A stretch of DNA of 64,000 nucleotides. Origin: Myxococcales bacterium. Its GTDB lineage: Bacteria; Myxococcota_A; Polyangia; Polyangiales; DASUME01. Shown here one piece after another: positions 20,022 to 31,287 of this stretch (within the stretch, counting starts at the first letter, position 1; each line of letters opens with the position of its first letter). The notes below the pieces were generated by a model. It was not told where the DNA came from. It searched no databases and saw only the letters and a program-made list of their open reading frames with translations. A program made the translations under genes and the position numbers. The stretch is taken from contig JASGJH010000001.1 of assembly GCA_047601445.1 (NCBI GenBank), positions 3,968,001 through 4,032,000 on the forward strand, read 5' to 3'.

Positions 20022-21473
20022 TCACGCCGGCACTTCGAGCTCGCTCAGCTGCAGAGGCAACGGCTCCGAATCCCGAGTGGACTCTCCGCTCGGGCGCTCG
20101 ACCTCCGTTGAGTTTGCGATCTCGATGATCACCTTGGTGCCCCGTCCGACCTCGCTCTGAATCTGGATCTGCGCACCATGGCGACTGACGATGCCAGCGA
20201 CGATCGCCATGCCGAGGCCCGTCCCCTTGGCCTTCGTCGTGTAGAGTGGCTCGAAGACCCTGGCGACGACTTCGGGCGTCATCCCGCCCCCATCGTCTTC
20301 CACGACCAGACGCGTCACACCGTTCTCGGGGCTCGCGCTCACGATCACGCCTCCCCCTTCGGTCCGCTCCTGAACCGCCTCCACGGCGTTCTGCAGCAGA
20401 TTGATCAGCACTTGCCGAAACTGGGCCTTGTCGAGCAACGGAGCTGGCATGTCATCGGAGATGCGGTTCTCGACCGAGACAGAATGAGCCGGCAACACGC
20501 CGAGCGCGTTCGAGACCAGGGCGCGCAGCGGAGTTCGCTCGAGTAGCAAGGGGCGTTCGCGCGCAAAGTCGAGCAGGTCACCCACGATGCGCGTGCATGC
20601 CGCTAGCTCCCCCTCGATCACGCCAAGAAGACGCCCGGTCCTCTCGTCGACGGACGCCGAGTCCATGCGCTTCCGCAGCACGGCGCTCGCGTTGCGAATC
20701 GCCGTCAACGGATTGCGCAACTCGTGTCCCACACTTGCGGCAAGCCGTCCGACCGCGGCCAACTTCTCGGCTCGCACGAGGGCATCACGGGACAGCGCGA
20801 GCTCCTCGCTCTTGCGACGCTCGCGGGCCGAGAGGTCTTCCACGGCTGCCTGGCGCTGGGCGATCTCCAGCATCTCTTGCTGTCCTTGCAGACAGGCGAG
20901 GATGAGCACGACGTCTTCGAAGGCGACCCAACCCGCGTGCTCGAGAAAGCGCCACCAGGTCGGGTCGGGAATTCCATAGACGGACTCGGGCCAGAAGACC
21001 TGGCGCAGCAGGTGGTCGAGCGCGACGGCTAGCGTTGCCGGGACCAACACGGTCCAATCGCGATAAAACGAGAGAAAGGCGAGTGAGCCGAACACATGAA
21101 AGTGCGTCTCGATCCTTCCTCCAGTCAGGTGGATGAGCAGGGCAGACCAAAGCATCTGAGCGCAAGCGATCACGTAGCGTGTCGTGCGAGCGCCGGGCGC
21201 GCGCCACGCGAGAAGCACGGGCAAGCTCGTCAGAACGGCCCCGAGCAGCGTTGCTGCGTACACGTGCTCATGAACAGTCTGCCTTTGGCCCGACCACCCG
21301 TAGGGCGAATAGAGAACGGCCACCCCAATCGCCGCCAACCACTGCATGACCATGAGACCGGCCAGCAGGCGATCGACTCGCCGGTAGATGTCCTGCTGAT
21401 GTTGGTGGTACAGGGCTAGCGCCCGTTGGTCGGGTGCTGCGGAGGACAGCGCAACTTCCTGAAGCTGAACCAT
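20022..21473 (-). CDS. Membrane sensor histidine kinase, RedC-like
   Basis: Multi-TM sensor with IETHFHVFGSLAFL; H-box VGHELRNPL; NLLQNA, DDGGG, GTGLG. Confidence 0.88.
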   Translation of the reverse strand: MVQLQEVALSSAAPDQRALALYHQHQQDIYRRVDRLLAGLMVMQWLAAIGVAVLYSPYGWSGQRQTVHEHVYAATLLGAVLTSLPVLLAWRAPGARTTRYVIACAQMLWSALLIHLTGGRIETHFHVFGSLAFLSFYRDWTVLVPATLAVALDHLLRQVFWPESVYGIPDPTWWRFLEHAGWVAFEDVVLILACLQGQQEMLEIAQRQAAVEDLSARERRKSEELALSRDALVRAEKLAAVGRLAASVGHELRNPLTAIRNASAVLRKRMDSASVDERTGRLLGVIEGELAACTRIVGDLLDFARERPLLLERTPLRALVSNALGVLPAHSVSVENRISDDMPAPLLDKAQFRQVLINLLQNAVEAVQERTEGGGVIVSASPENGVTRLVVEDDGGGMTPEVVARVFEPLYTTKAKGTGLGMAIVAGIVSRHGAQIQIQSEVGRGTKVIIEIANSTEVERPSGESTRDSEPLPLQLSELEVPA

Positions 21474-21515
21474 GTTTCCCCCTCCATCGCTGCTACATGC
21501 GCTGGCCGCCCACGC

Positions 21516-22124
21516 TCACCGTGGGTCCCACAACTCACAGCCAAAGACCGAGCTCACGACGTCGCGCGCGTGGCGTCCGCTGACCCCGCTGATCAGCGCG
21601 GCCACGCGAGCGCGCCCGAGATTGTCACCCTCGTGACCGCGCGAGCCGGTGATGCCGCCGCTAAACGTCAGCAGTCCCTCAGGGTCGTACAGAAGCACCT
21701 GGCCCGAAGTCATGCTGCGAAACCTCTGGGATTCTTCACCGCGCTGGTCCTCGAACACTCGGATGCCGCCCATCGAGCGCGCGAACGCCACGATCGTGCT
21801 CTGGAGCCAGCCGGACCCGGTTCCCGCAGGCTGCGGAAACACGACGTAGGTCGACACTTGCTCCCGATGTTGCCGCACGATCCAGGCGAGTTCGTTCAAG
21901 CTAGCCCGAGTGCAGGAACACCGCGGGTGGGCGAACATCAGCAAGGTGAAGCGATCACCCCGCTTGATGGCGCTATCCTCGGGCCACGCTCGTGGCGCCT
22001 GCGCTCCAGCACCCGGCGTCGTCGCGTACATCCACAGGGCCGCGATGCCGGCGACTGCCACTGCAAGCCACGCCCCCGCAACCATGCGGATCGAAAAGCC
22101 GGGGCTTTGCGCTACGTGGTCCAC
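21516..22124 (-). CDS. redB: RedB-like membrane-anchored thioredoxin-fold protein
   Basis: GTG start overlaps upstream stop; N-terminal TM; MFAHPRCSCTRASLNEL, TSGQVLLY, GGITGSRGHEG, VFGC. Confidence 0.7.
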   Translation of the reverse strand: MDHVAQSPGFSIRMVAGAWLAVAVAGIAALWMYATTPGAGAQAPRAWPEDSAIKRGDRFTLLMFAHPRCSCTRASLNELAWIVRQHREQVSTYVVFPQPAGTGSGWLQSTIVAFARSMGGIRVFEDQRGEESQRFRSMTSGQVLLYDPEGLLTFSGGITGSRGHEGDNLGRARVAALISGVSGRHARDVVSSVFGCELWDPR

Positions 22125-22564
22125 TATTTCTTCTGAACCCGCGTGGCCAACCGCTGCGACTCCACGGCAGCCTCGTGAGAGACTTGCTTCATCCGCGAGA
22201 GCTTGGCCGACCGCGCGACCATCGAGTGAAGCTGTTGGGGCTCGTACGGCTTGAGTAGAACCAAACACGGAACTTCGCGAAAGCTCGACTGGTGCTCGGG
22301 ATAGTCGGCGTAGGCGGTCACGACGATGCCCGTGATCCCAGGATACATGCGCTGTGCAGCGCGGAGCAGGTCCACCCCCGTCATGCCGGGCATGCGATAG
22401 TCCGTGCAGATCACGTCGAAGCGTCGGCTTCCAAGCAGCTTCAGGGCCTCGCGCGCATTGGCGGATTGCTCGACCACGTAATCATCCTCGAGCAGCGCGG
22501 CGGTGGTGTCTCGGATCGCTGGCTCATCGTCGACGACGAGCACCGACACGGCGGAGGAGGACAT
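22124..22564 (-). CDS. Single-domain response regulator
   Basis: VLVVDDE, ICTDYRMPGMTG, VTAY, LLKPY. Confidence 0.9.
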   Translation of the reverse strand: MSSSAVSVLVVDDEPAIRDTTAALLEDDYVVEQSANAREALKLLGSRRFDVICTDYRMPGMTGVDLLRAAQRMYPGITGIVVTAYADYPEHQSSFREVPCLVLLKPYEPQQLHSMVARSAKLSRMKQVSHEAAVESQRLATRVQKK

Positions 22565-22955
22565 GGATCGGACACTACGCGCACGGGTTCCAACTGTCAG
22601 CCGCGCAACTTCTTGCGTTGCCAATCGAGGCCGATGGGCGAGCGAGGCGCGCTCTGTTCGTACTGCCCCTGGGGGTGCAACATCTCGGGAAGCGAGAGCC
22701 GTGGCGTCCAGCCTCGACGTCACGAATGCGGGAAGACTTGAGCTGACACTATGACAATCTGACGCTCTTCGACATTTGCGCTCGCCATCTGTGAGCGGCT
22801 CTTGTGCACTGTTCCGTTCGCTCGCGACACTTGGGTGCTACTGACCTCCACAAAACCCAATGGCTTTGCTGCGACCGGGGACGCATGGAGGGGCTGGCCG
22901 CATTCTTGCTCTCTGGTCATTGGACTTGGCGAGCTCGGACGCCAGGAGGTAATCG

Positions 22956-23525
22956 GTGCTCCAATTTTTTCCCAGAACTGCCGGACGCGCGCTTACGCTG
23001 GCACGCTCGGGCCCCAATGGTCTCGCCATGCATCGAGTGGCCGCCGCAGGGACTCCGGAATTCGCGGTCACGAGCCCAGCGTTCATCGCCAACATGGCCA
23101 TCCCGTCTTTCTACACTGCGGATGGCCGCGGCCTCTCGCCGCCCGTTCGTTGGCGAGGAGCGCCGCTCGAGGCGCGCTCGATCATGCTGGTGATCGAGGA
23201 CGTCGATAGTCCTTCCCTGCTTCCGTTGGTGCACGGCATGGCCTGGGTGGCCGGCCGCCCCCAGGGCGAGATCATCGAAGGCGCGCTGAACGCCGGCTCC
23301 GATGGCGCCCTCACGACCCTGGGCCGCAATTCCTTCCTGCGCGCGGGATATCTGCCGATGGATCCTCCGCCCGGCCACGGCCCGCACCACTACATGTTCC
23401 AGGTGTTCGCGCTCAAGAACGTGCTTCAGCTCCAGGGCATCCCGGGACGCAACGCCGTGCTCGACGCCATGCGAGGACAGGTTCTCGCTCACGGCAGACT
23501 GCTGGGCATCTACGAGCGGCGTTGA
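22956..23525 (+). CDS. YbhB/YbcL (PEBP, Raf-kinase-inhibitor-like) protein
   Basis: VTSPAF, SPPVRW, EDVDSP, DPPPGHGPHHYMFQVFAL; start uncertain. Confidence 0.85.
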   Translation: MLQFFPRTAGRALTLARSGPNGLAMHRVAAAGTPEFAVTSPAFIANMAIPSFYTADGRGLSPPVRWRGAPLEARSIMLVIEDVDSPSLLPLVHGMAWVAGRPQGEIIEGALNAGSDGALTTLGRNSFLRAGYLPMDPPPGHGPHHYMFQVFALKNVLQLQGIPGRNAVLDAMRGQVLAHGRLLGIYERR

Positions 23526-23529
23526 CCGC

Positions 23530-23916
23530 TCAGACCTTGCTCAGCGTCACTCGGAAGGCGCCGTCGGGGGCCTTCTTGATCCAGAGGTAGGGCAACGCGA
23601 TGGGGTACTTACGCTTCATCAGCTTGACCACCTGCGCCATCTCGCCTTGCTCGGTCACCTGACGGACCTCGCCCTCGAAGGTCTCGCCACCGATCTGAAG
23701 CGACACCTTGGGGCGCGCCTGCACGTTCTTGATCCACTGGCGCTTCATGTTCATCGTTTGCAGGTTCACCTGGTCACCGTCTACCGTGAACCAGATGCGC
23801 ACGCGATAGGGCTTGCCGGTCTTGCGACCGAAGTGCGTGAGCAGCAAAGTTTGCTTCTTGGAGACGCGTGCGAGGCGCGCGCTGAGCGGTTCGTTGGTGC
23901 TGACGGTCTGGGACAT
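23530..23916 (-). CDS. Deazaflavin-dependent nitroreductase-like (split beta-barrel) protein
   Basis: LLLTHFGRKTGKP, WIKNVQARPKV. Confidence 0.75.
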   Translation of the reverse strand: MSQTVSTNEPLSARLARVSKKQTLLLTHFGRKTGKPYRVRIWFTVDGDQVNLQTMNMKRQWIKNVQARPKVSLQIGGETFEGEVRQVTEQGEMAQVVKLMKRKYPIALPYLWIKKAPDGAFRVTLSKV

Positions 23917-24037
23917 GGGAGCTCCTGGAAGGTCGCGGAGTCGAAGCGTGGATCCAAGCCGCCCCCTTGGCAAAGTCCAAGGGCGCTGCAAGCCCCGAGC
24001 TGAGTGCAAGGCCCCCTGAGCCCAAGTCGGCGTCCGT

Positions 24038-24571
24038 TCAGTGGAAGCAAGCGTGATCGATGACGTTCACGAAGCCGCCGATCGTCGCGACGAATGCCGA
24101 GCTCAGCCCGGTCGCCAGCACCCGTGCCACACGTCGGCCTCGCGTGAGCGGCCATGGCTGCACGCCCTGTCGATCGAGCCGGCGTCTGCGCACCGCGCCC
24201 GCTACCACCAAGCCCGTGCCCACGAGGAGCGGCCCTGCCATCATGATGGGTGTCCATGCGCCATTGCAGGTGTCGCGCAGCTGGGGCGCTCCATCGAGCA
24301 AGGCGGCCCACAGGACGATCATGCCTCCCGAAGCCACCATCATGGTGCCCCCCGCGCGGACCCACCCGTCGGCACGCCGTCGCTCGAGACCAAGCGGCTC
24401 GCGAACCACCGCCGACGCGTGGGTTTCCGCCAGCGTCAGCGACGACACCTGGAGCGCCGCGCCGAAGCGCACCAGCTCCGGATCGATGGATGCTTGCGCC
24501 TCGACGCGCGCGGCCGAACTCACCAACGCAAGCCACGCGAACAACACGCATTTCAAGAGACGAGCTCTCAT
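24038..24571 (-). CDS. Secreted/membrane hypothetical protein (paralog 2 of tandem pair)
   Basis: ATGA overlap at 24568-24571; signal peptide, 3 TM; homologous to the upstream gene. Confidence 0.7.
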   Translation of the reverse strand: MRARLLKCVLFAWLALVSSAARVEAQASIDPELVRFGAALQVSSLTLAETHASAVVREPLGLERRRADGWVRAGGTMMVASGGMIVLWAALLDGAPQLRDTCNGAWTPIMMAGPLLVGTGLVVAGAVRRRRLDRQGVQPWPLTRGRRVARVLATGLSSAFVATIGGFVNVIDHACFH

Positions 24572-25167
24572 AGACACAACGCGTCGAGCGCGGCCGTCCC
24601 CATGCCGGTGGCCACCACGGAAGTGACGGCCACGGAGGTAGCGATGACCCGGAGGGCCCGTCGACCGGGCGTCATCGGATATGCGGTCGCGCCTTCGTCC
24701 ACGAGCCGACGCTTTCGAGCCACACCTAGGACGGTGAGTACACCACTGATGAGAAGCGGACCGGCCATGACCATGGGGGTCAACACACCTCCGCAGTAGC
24801 CAGTCTCGTCCTCCCCACCATCGGAGTTGCGCGAGACCGTCGCCCAGAAGAGCACCATCGCTGCGGATGCGGCGAACACCGGGGCGGCCCCGCGGATCCA
24901 GCCCTGGCTGCGCCGCAACTCGATGGCGTCCGGCTCCTCGAAGGCCGGCTGCGCTGGTCCGCGCGCGGAGCTCATTTGAAGCGCGCTGGTGCTGCTCGTG
25001 AGCAGTACTCGCGCCAGCGCCGGGTCCGTGGCCGCACCCACGATGATGGACGTGGTCGCCGCTGAGAGCGCCGCTGGCTCCTGTGCGTCCGCACGCGTTG
25101 CCCCGACCCTGTCGAAGCCGAGCACGAACAGCCCAGCCAACATCCACGACAGCGCGAGTCTTCTCAT
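24568..25167 (-). CDS. Secreted/membrane hypothetical protein (paralog 1 of tandem pair)
   Basis: Signal peptide, 3 TM, shared C..TP.MAGPLL..RRL..G..P.T.GRR motif. Confidence 0.7.
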   Translation of the reverse strand: MRRLALSWMLAGLFVLGFDRVGATRADAQEPAALSAATTSIIVGAATDPALARVLLTSSTSALQMSSARGPAQPAFEEPDAIELRRSQGWIRGAAPVFAASAAMVLFWATVSRNSDGGEDETGYCGGVLTPMVMAGPLLISGVLTVLGVARKRRLVDEGATAYPMTPGRRALRVIATSVAVTSVVATGMGTAALDALCL

Positions 25168-25298
25168 GGCCGTCCCCCGTCTCTACCCATGATCGGCGCA
25201 CTCAACCTACGGGCAGGTCGCCGCTATTCCCGGCCGGCCGCAATGGTCACGGGTCTTACCGCATCCGAGGGTAAGATATGGGTTCGTTCACCCCAACC

Positions 25299-28200
25299 TC
25301 AGTGCTGGCGTGTGAGATACCCGGTCAGCATCGTGGCGACCACCAGGAGCAGTTCGCTGGGATCGATGGGCTTTGCCAGGTGCATGTTGAAGCCCGCCCG
25401 CAGAGCCTTGCTGCGATCCTCACCCCGCGCGTAGGCCGTGAGGGCGAGCGCTGGAACGGCGCCGCCTCGCTCGCGCGAGAACTGGCGGATGCGGCGGATC
25501 AAGGAATAGCCATCCTCGTCGGGCATACCGATGTCCGAGAGTAAGACGTCGAAGTTTTTGCTCTCGAACAGGGCGAGCGCCTCGGCCGCACTGCCCGCGG
25601 TGGTCACGTCGGCTTCGCACTGCTCGAGCACGAAGCGCAGCAGATCCCGCGTCTCGGGCTCGTCGTCGACCACCAGTACGTGAAGTCCGCTGAGCTCGGG
25701 CGGACACTCGAACAACCTCCCTTCGGGCGCTCCGCTCTCCGGCTTGCGTGTGTCGGCCCGCTCCTTGCGCAACGGTGCCGTGGGCAGGCGCACCACGAAG
25801 CGCGCGCCCCGCCCCTTCCCTTCGCTCTCCGCCGCCACGGTGCCGCCGTGCAGCTCCACCAGCGAGCGCACGATGGCGAGCCCGAGTCCGAGCCCACCGA
25901 CACGACGCGAGAAGGAGGGATCCGCCTGACGGAAGCGCTCGAATACGAAGGGCAGGAAGTCGGGCTCGATGCCCTCTCCGTTGTCGGCGACGCCTACCTC
26001 CACATGAGACTGCTCACGACGCAGCCAAATCTGCACGCGTCCCCCCTTGGGCGTGAACTTGATCGCGTTGGACAGGAGGTTCCACACCACCTGCTGCAGG
26101 CGATCGGCATCGCCCACGATGGTGGCGTGCGAGTCGAGCACGGGTTGAAGCCGCACTCCCTTGGCGTCCGCTGCGGGCCGCACGGCGTCGATGGCCGCGG
26201 CCACCACCTTGACCATCTCGAGCGGTCCGACGCTGAGTACGAGCTTGCCCTGTTCAACGCGCGAGAGGTCGAGCATGTCTTCGATGAGGCGTGCCTGCAG
26301 GCTGGCGTTGCGCTCCACCGTCTCGAGCGCTTGCGCGGTACGCTCGGGACTGAGCGCCCCCTTCCGTAGCAGAGAAGCCCAGCCCACGATCGAGTTGAGT
26401 GGCGTGCGCAGCTCGTGGCTGAGCGTGTTCAAGAACTCGTCCTTGGCTCGACTGGCCTGCTCGGCCGCGGCGCGCAGGGCCTCCACCTTGCGGCGCGCCA
26501 GCACCTGTTCGGTGATCTCGACCGCGACCACCACCACGGCCGGCGCGCCCACGGTGTTGGCGAGACGTTGTGCCCCCACGGTGAAGTACGCTCCGCGCAG
26601 CGAGCCGCGGCGCTCCAGGTCCACGTGCAGCTCCGGCTCGCGGTAGGCCTCTCCCGTGTGGAACACGCGCTCCAGCACTTCGATGATTCCATGCCCCTCC
26701 AGCTCGGGAAATACGGCCCGCAGGGGCTTCCCCAGAATGCCTTGCCGGTCGACCATCTCGCTATACGCGGCGTTGGCCACCTCGAAGCGCAGCTCGTCGC
26801 CCGCGAGTACCGCGATGGGCACTGGCGCCTGCATGAACGCGTCGTAGAGACGCGCCCGCTCCTGCTCTGCCGCGCGCCGCAGGCGGGACAGCTGCACGTG
26901 AGTGCTCACGCGCGCCGTGAGCTCGCGCGCCGAGAAGGGCTTGACGAGATAGTCATCGGCGCCGGATTCCAGGCCCTCTACGCGGGACTCCTCCCCGGCA
27001 CGCGCCGATAGCATGATCACCGGCACGTGGCGCGTGCGCTCGTCGTGCTTGAGCGAGCGCAGCACGCCGAAGCCATCCAGGTTGGGCATCATCACGTCCG
27101 TGAGCACCAGATCGGGCGGATTTTCCAGCGCCGCCGTCACCGCCTGCACACCGTCCTCCACCGCCTGCACGGTCCAGCGTTCCTTCAGCAGGCGCTGCAC
27201 GTACTCACGCATGTCCGCGTTGTCGTCTGCGAGCAGCACGCGACCTCCGGACTCCTGCGCGGGCAACTCCCCCGCGAGCAGTTCCGCCGGCGCCGTCAGC
27301 TCCTGCTCCCGCTCACCCCCCGGAAGCCAACGCTGCGCCTCCTGAATGAAGGGAGCTGCGCCCACGGCCGTGGAGCCGAGCGCGCGCCTCGAGTTGATGC
27401 GCTCCTGGGGCAGGTGCAAATGACCGCGCGGAATCGCCACGCTGAAGGTGGTGCCCACGCCCTGTTCGCTCGCGACCGAGATGGTGCCCCCGTGCAGACG
27501 CACTAGCTCATTCACCAATGCCAAGCCGATGCCCGACCCCTCGTGCGTGCGTGAGCGGGTGCCCTGCACCCGGTGGAAGCGCTTGAACACGTTGCCCAGC
27601 TCGTGGGCCGGAATGCCGGCTCCGGTGTCGGCGACCTTCAGGCGCGCATGCTCATCGACGAGCTCGAGCGATACGCGAATGCTGCCGTCGAACGTGAACT
27701 TCAGGGCGTTCGAGAGCAGATTGAGGACGATCTTCTCCCACATGTCGTGGTCGACGTAGAAGGGCTCGGGCAACGGCGTGAGCTCCACCTCGAAGCGCAA
27801 CCCGGCGCGCTCGATGGCAGAACGGAAGGCGCTCGCCAGAATCCGCCGTGAGGGCCGAGAAGATCCGTGGACTCGTAGCTGGCGTCGGCACGGCCAGCCT
27901 CGATGCGCGAGAAATCGAGCAATGCGTTCACCAACTTCAAGAGGCGCAACGCGTTGCGGTAGGCGGTGTCGAGGTTCTTGGGGGAGATGCTGCGCTCGCG
28001 CGACGAGACGGCGTCTTCGAGCGGACCGAGCATCAAGGTGAGTGGCGTACGAAACTCGTGGCTCACGTTGCTGAAGAAGGCCGTCTTCGCGCGGTCGATC
28101 TCCGCGAGTGCCTCCGCGCGTTTGCGCTCCTGGTCGTAGGCCTCGGCGTTGGCCACGCTGGCCGTGATTTGCCCGGCGACCAAGCTCACGAAGCCGCGGT

Positions 28201-29134
28201 AGCCATCGTCGTAGAGGCGAAACGGGTTCAATCCCACGATCAGCACGCCGGCGTAGCCAGCTTCACTGGGGCTTGCGATGGGCGCCAGCGCAGCCTGGCC
28301 GGGTGCAGTGGACGATGCTCCGATTGGGAGCGGCGCAAAGCGGCCCTGGATGTCGTCCACCACGCGCATGGTCTGACTCGACAGCACCTCCGAGATGGGC
28401 CACGGCTCAACCGCTCCTAGCGAGATGCGCGTGGGCGCCGCGGGATGTCCAATCGGCAGACCGACGGATCCCTTGAGCTCGACGCAGCCGCGTTCCCGGT
28501 CCGCCAGGTAGATCAGGGCGAAGGGGAGATCCGACGGGTTCGTCCCCAGGGCACGCGCAGCGCGCGCGCAAGCATCCTGAGTGTCCCGCGCGTCCGCGGT
28601 GCCCTGGGAGAGCTCACGCAGCAAGCCGAGCTGGCGCTCGCCGATGATGCGCTGAGTGTCGTCGCTGTTGGCGCAGAGAATACCGCCCGTGCCGCCGGCA
28701 TCATTGGGGACCGGGCTGTAAGAAAAGGTGTAGTAAGTCTCCTCGGGATAGCCGTTGCGCTCCATGATCAAGCGCAGAGCTTCGTCGTAGGTGCCCTCGT
28801 TCTTGAGCATGGCGGAGCGCGCGCGTGGCCCCGCCTCCTCCCAGATCTCCTTCCAGACCACGGACGCGGGCTGTCCGAGTGCGGTCGGATGCTTGCCCCC
28901 CACGATCGACTTGTACGCATCGTTGTAGAGGTTGATCAGCTCGTCTCCCCACCACACGAACATGGGTTGCCGCGACGTGAGGATGATGCGGACACAGGTC
29001 CTCAAGCTCTGTGGCCACGAGTGCACGGGGCCAAGCGAGGTCTTCGCCCAGTCGAACTCGCGCATGCGCGCGCCCATCTCGCCGCCGCCCGCAAAGACCG
29101 TCGCCGCGTTGCTCTGCCCACCTGCTGTAGACAT
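25299..29134 (-). pseudogene. Large hybrid histidine kinase (PAS-GAF-HisKA-HATPase-REC-PAS-HisKA-HATPase-REC) interrupted by two +1 insertions near 27840 and 27860
   Basis: GGGEMG N-terminus, SHEFRTPL and SHELRTPL H-boxes; deleting two bases restores TDLSALTADLASAFRSAIERAGL; may be sequencing error. Confidence 0.85.
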
Positions 29135-29456
29135 CTCGATACCCTTCGCAGAGGAGATCCTCCTCTCATGTAAAGGCTCTGCGTCGAGATGCATCCGTAA
29201 AACGTCGAGAAAGCGCGCAGGATAGGCCGTTCCGCGCGAGCTCGCGGCGAGCCAAACAGAGTTCGGTTGCGGCAAAATGCGTCGGTGTGGCGAACGCGCG
29301 AGGCCCTCTCGAGGCGAAAAGCGACCTCACGGCTCGATTGAGTCGGCAGCAGACCGCCGAGCCGCGGTTCGACATGACCCGGATGCGCCGCCCTTTGGAG
29401 GCGGTTCGCGGGACTGTGAGATCGCGATCGCGGGCTCACCACGCTCAGCGCGGGGC

Positions 29457-30248
29457 TCAGCGCCGAGCGGCGGTCGGATACTCGTCGCGTCGACGCCACC
29501 AGACGCTGGTCTCGTTGCGCCCCTTGGGAGCGCGGTCGAGCAGCTGGTACATGCCCCAGAAGCCGTCGACGCCACGCGCGTAGGCCGAGTACGTGTGGTA
29601 CACGACTCCGTCCTCCAGCGCGAACACGCTGAGGCCCGGGCGCTCCCGCGTGTAGGCGCCCGCGTCGACGCCCGAGCTCGCCGCGAGCATCTCCACCGGG
29701 CCTTCCTCACCAGGTTCGGCAGGGCCGATAGCGCGGGGCTCCCACCTCTGCTCGCGACGGTAGTTGTACTCCACGGTGCCGGCCCGCTGTTGTTCCTCGC
29801 TGAAGCGAACGTTGTAGTCCGCGCCGAAGTCGCTCCCGAACGACGATACCCACGTGAACGTCCAGCCCATGCGACGCTTGTAGGCATCGAGCTTGGCGAT
29901 AGGCGCGCGCGATACTGCCGCGAACGCCACGTCATGGTTCTCCAGGTGCACCGTGACCCCATTGAAGCCGTCGGCGATGCTCGAGCACGAAGGGCAGCCT
30001 GCCGAGAACTCGGGCCCGAACATGAAGTGATAGATCATGAGCTGGGAGCGCCCCTGGAAGAGCTCCGCCAGCGAGCTGCGGCCTCCGCTCGACTCGAAGT
30101 GATACTCCTTCCCGACGCGAACCCAGGGCAGCTCCTGACGCCGCTTGGCGAGCTCGTCGCTGCGGCGCGTGAGCTCCTTCTCCTCCGCGAGCAGTGCAAT
30201 CCGCGCGCTGAGCCATTCCTCGTGGGTGCCTTTGATGTGCTTGGTCAT
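29457..30248 (-). CDS. DUF899 thioredoxin-like family protein
   Basis: EKELTR..RRQELPWV, YHFMFGP, GCPSCS, YHTYSAYARG, LDRAPKGRNE. Confidence 0.9.
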   Translation of the reverse strand: MTKHIKGTHEEWLSARIALLAEEKELTRRSDELAKRRQELPWVRVGKEYHFESSGGRSSLAELFQGRSQLMIYHFMFGPEFSAGCPSCSSIADGFNGVTVHLENHDVAFAAVSRAPIAKLDAYKRRMGWTFTWVSSFGSDFGADYNVRFSEEQQRAGTVEYNYRREQRWEPRAIGPAEPGEEGPVEMLAASSGVDAGAYTRERPGLSVFALEDGVVYHTYSAYARGVDGFWGMYQLLDRAPKGRNETSVWWRRRDEYPTAARR

Positions 30249-30282
30249 GGTCTTTGCTCCTTTCTGCGAATCGCTCGGGTGG

Positions 30283-31029
30283 TCACGCTGTGGGGCCCGC
30301 CATCATGGCGGCCATCTGTTGCTCCGAAGCCTTCGGTGAAGCTTGAAACCGTCGGCCGAAGTCGGCTGCGAACGGGTCCGGAAAGATGTCCTCGTGCCCT
30401 GCCTCGACACCATCGAGGATGGCGAGGGCCACGTCGGAGGGAGCGCTCTTGGGCAAGGCAAGCTCGCGCACCATGTCGGTATCGATGGGGCCCGCATAGA
30501 CGCCGAACACCGCCGTGCGCTGGGGGCCGAGCAAGAGCCGCGCAGCCTGGGTCAATGAATGCAGCGCCGCCTTCGAGGCGCTGTAGGTGGGCATCATCGG
30601 AACGTTGGTCAGGCCCGCCGCCGAGCCGATGTTAACCACCGCGCCGCCGCCATTCTTGGCGAGCACCGGAGCGAGCTGCTGCACGAGCTGGAGGGGGCCG
30701 AAGTAGTTCACCTCCATCTCGCGGCGCGCCAGGTCGACCACGCCGGCGTCTGCCAGACCGCGGGCCAGCGTGAGGCCGGCGTTGTTGAACACCAGGTCCA
30801 CGTCCTGGGCAGCCGCGACCGCCGCGCGCACCTGCTCCGGTTCGGTCACGTCGAGGCGCAGCTTGGCCACGCGCGGATCCGTCAGCGGTCGTAGAGACTC
30901 GGGAGTACGTGCGGTCGCGTAGACCTTCTTCACTCCGCGACTGAGCAGCGCCTCAATCAGTGCTCGACCGAGGCCACGGTTGGCCCCCGTCACCAGCGCC
31001 ACGGCTCCCTTCATCTTCGGTGCGTGCAT
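30283..31029 (-). CDS. Short-chain dehydrogenase/reductase
   Basis: TGANRGLG, NNAG, YSASK; RBS GGAGG. Confidence 0.93.
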   Translation of the reverse strand: MHAPKMKGAVALVTGANRGLGRALIEALLSRGVKKVYATARTPESLRPLTDPRVAKLRLDVTEPEQVRAAVAAAQDVDLVFNNAGLTLARGLADAGVVDLARREMEVNYFGPLQLVQQLAPVLAKNGGGAVVNIGSAAGLTNVPMMPTYSASKAALHSLTQAARLLLGPQRTAVFGVYAGPIDTDMVRELALPKSAPSDVALAILDGVEAGHEDIFPDPFAADFGRRFQASPKASEQQMAAMMAGPTA

Positions 31030-31287
31030 GTTCCTTCCTCCTGTGTTCGACACAGGAAGCGATAGCGCCGCGCCGTGGGAGGCAGGGAGTAACAACCAAG
31101 GCGCGATTGACCGAGCCCGCCGCACGGCCGACTGGGCGAGAGCAGGTAGGAGCGCGTGGGCGTCGCACCTGAAACGTCACCGTTGCGCTACCGCGCAGCG
31201 TGGGCTGCCCATGCGTGGACGCACGCTGCCTTGCACATCCCCATGGACGTCGGGTGATTGCCGCGTGATAGCATTTCACCGTCGTCC

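Noticed and set aside
24572..25201. N-terminal extension of the 387-aa ORF 24038..25201
   Set aside because: Overlaps the real upstream paralog in another frame; the true start is the ATG at 24571
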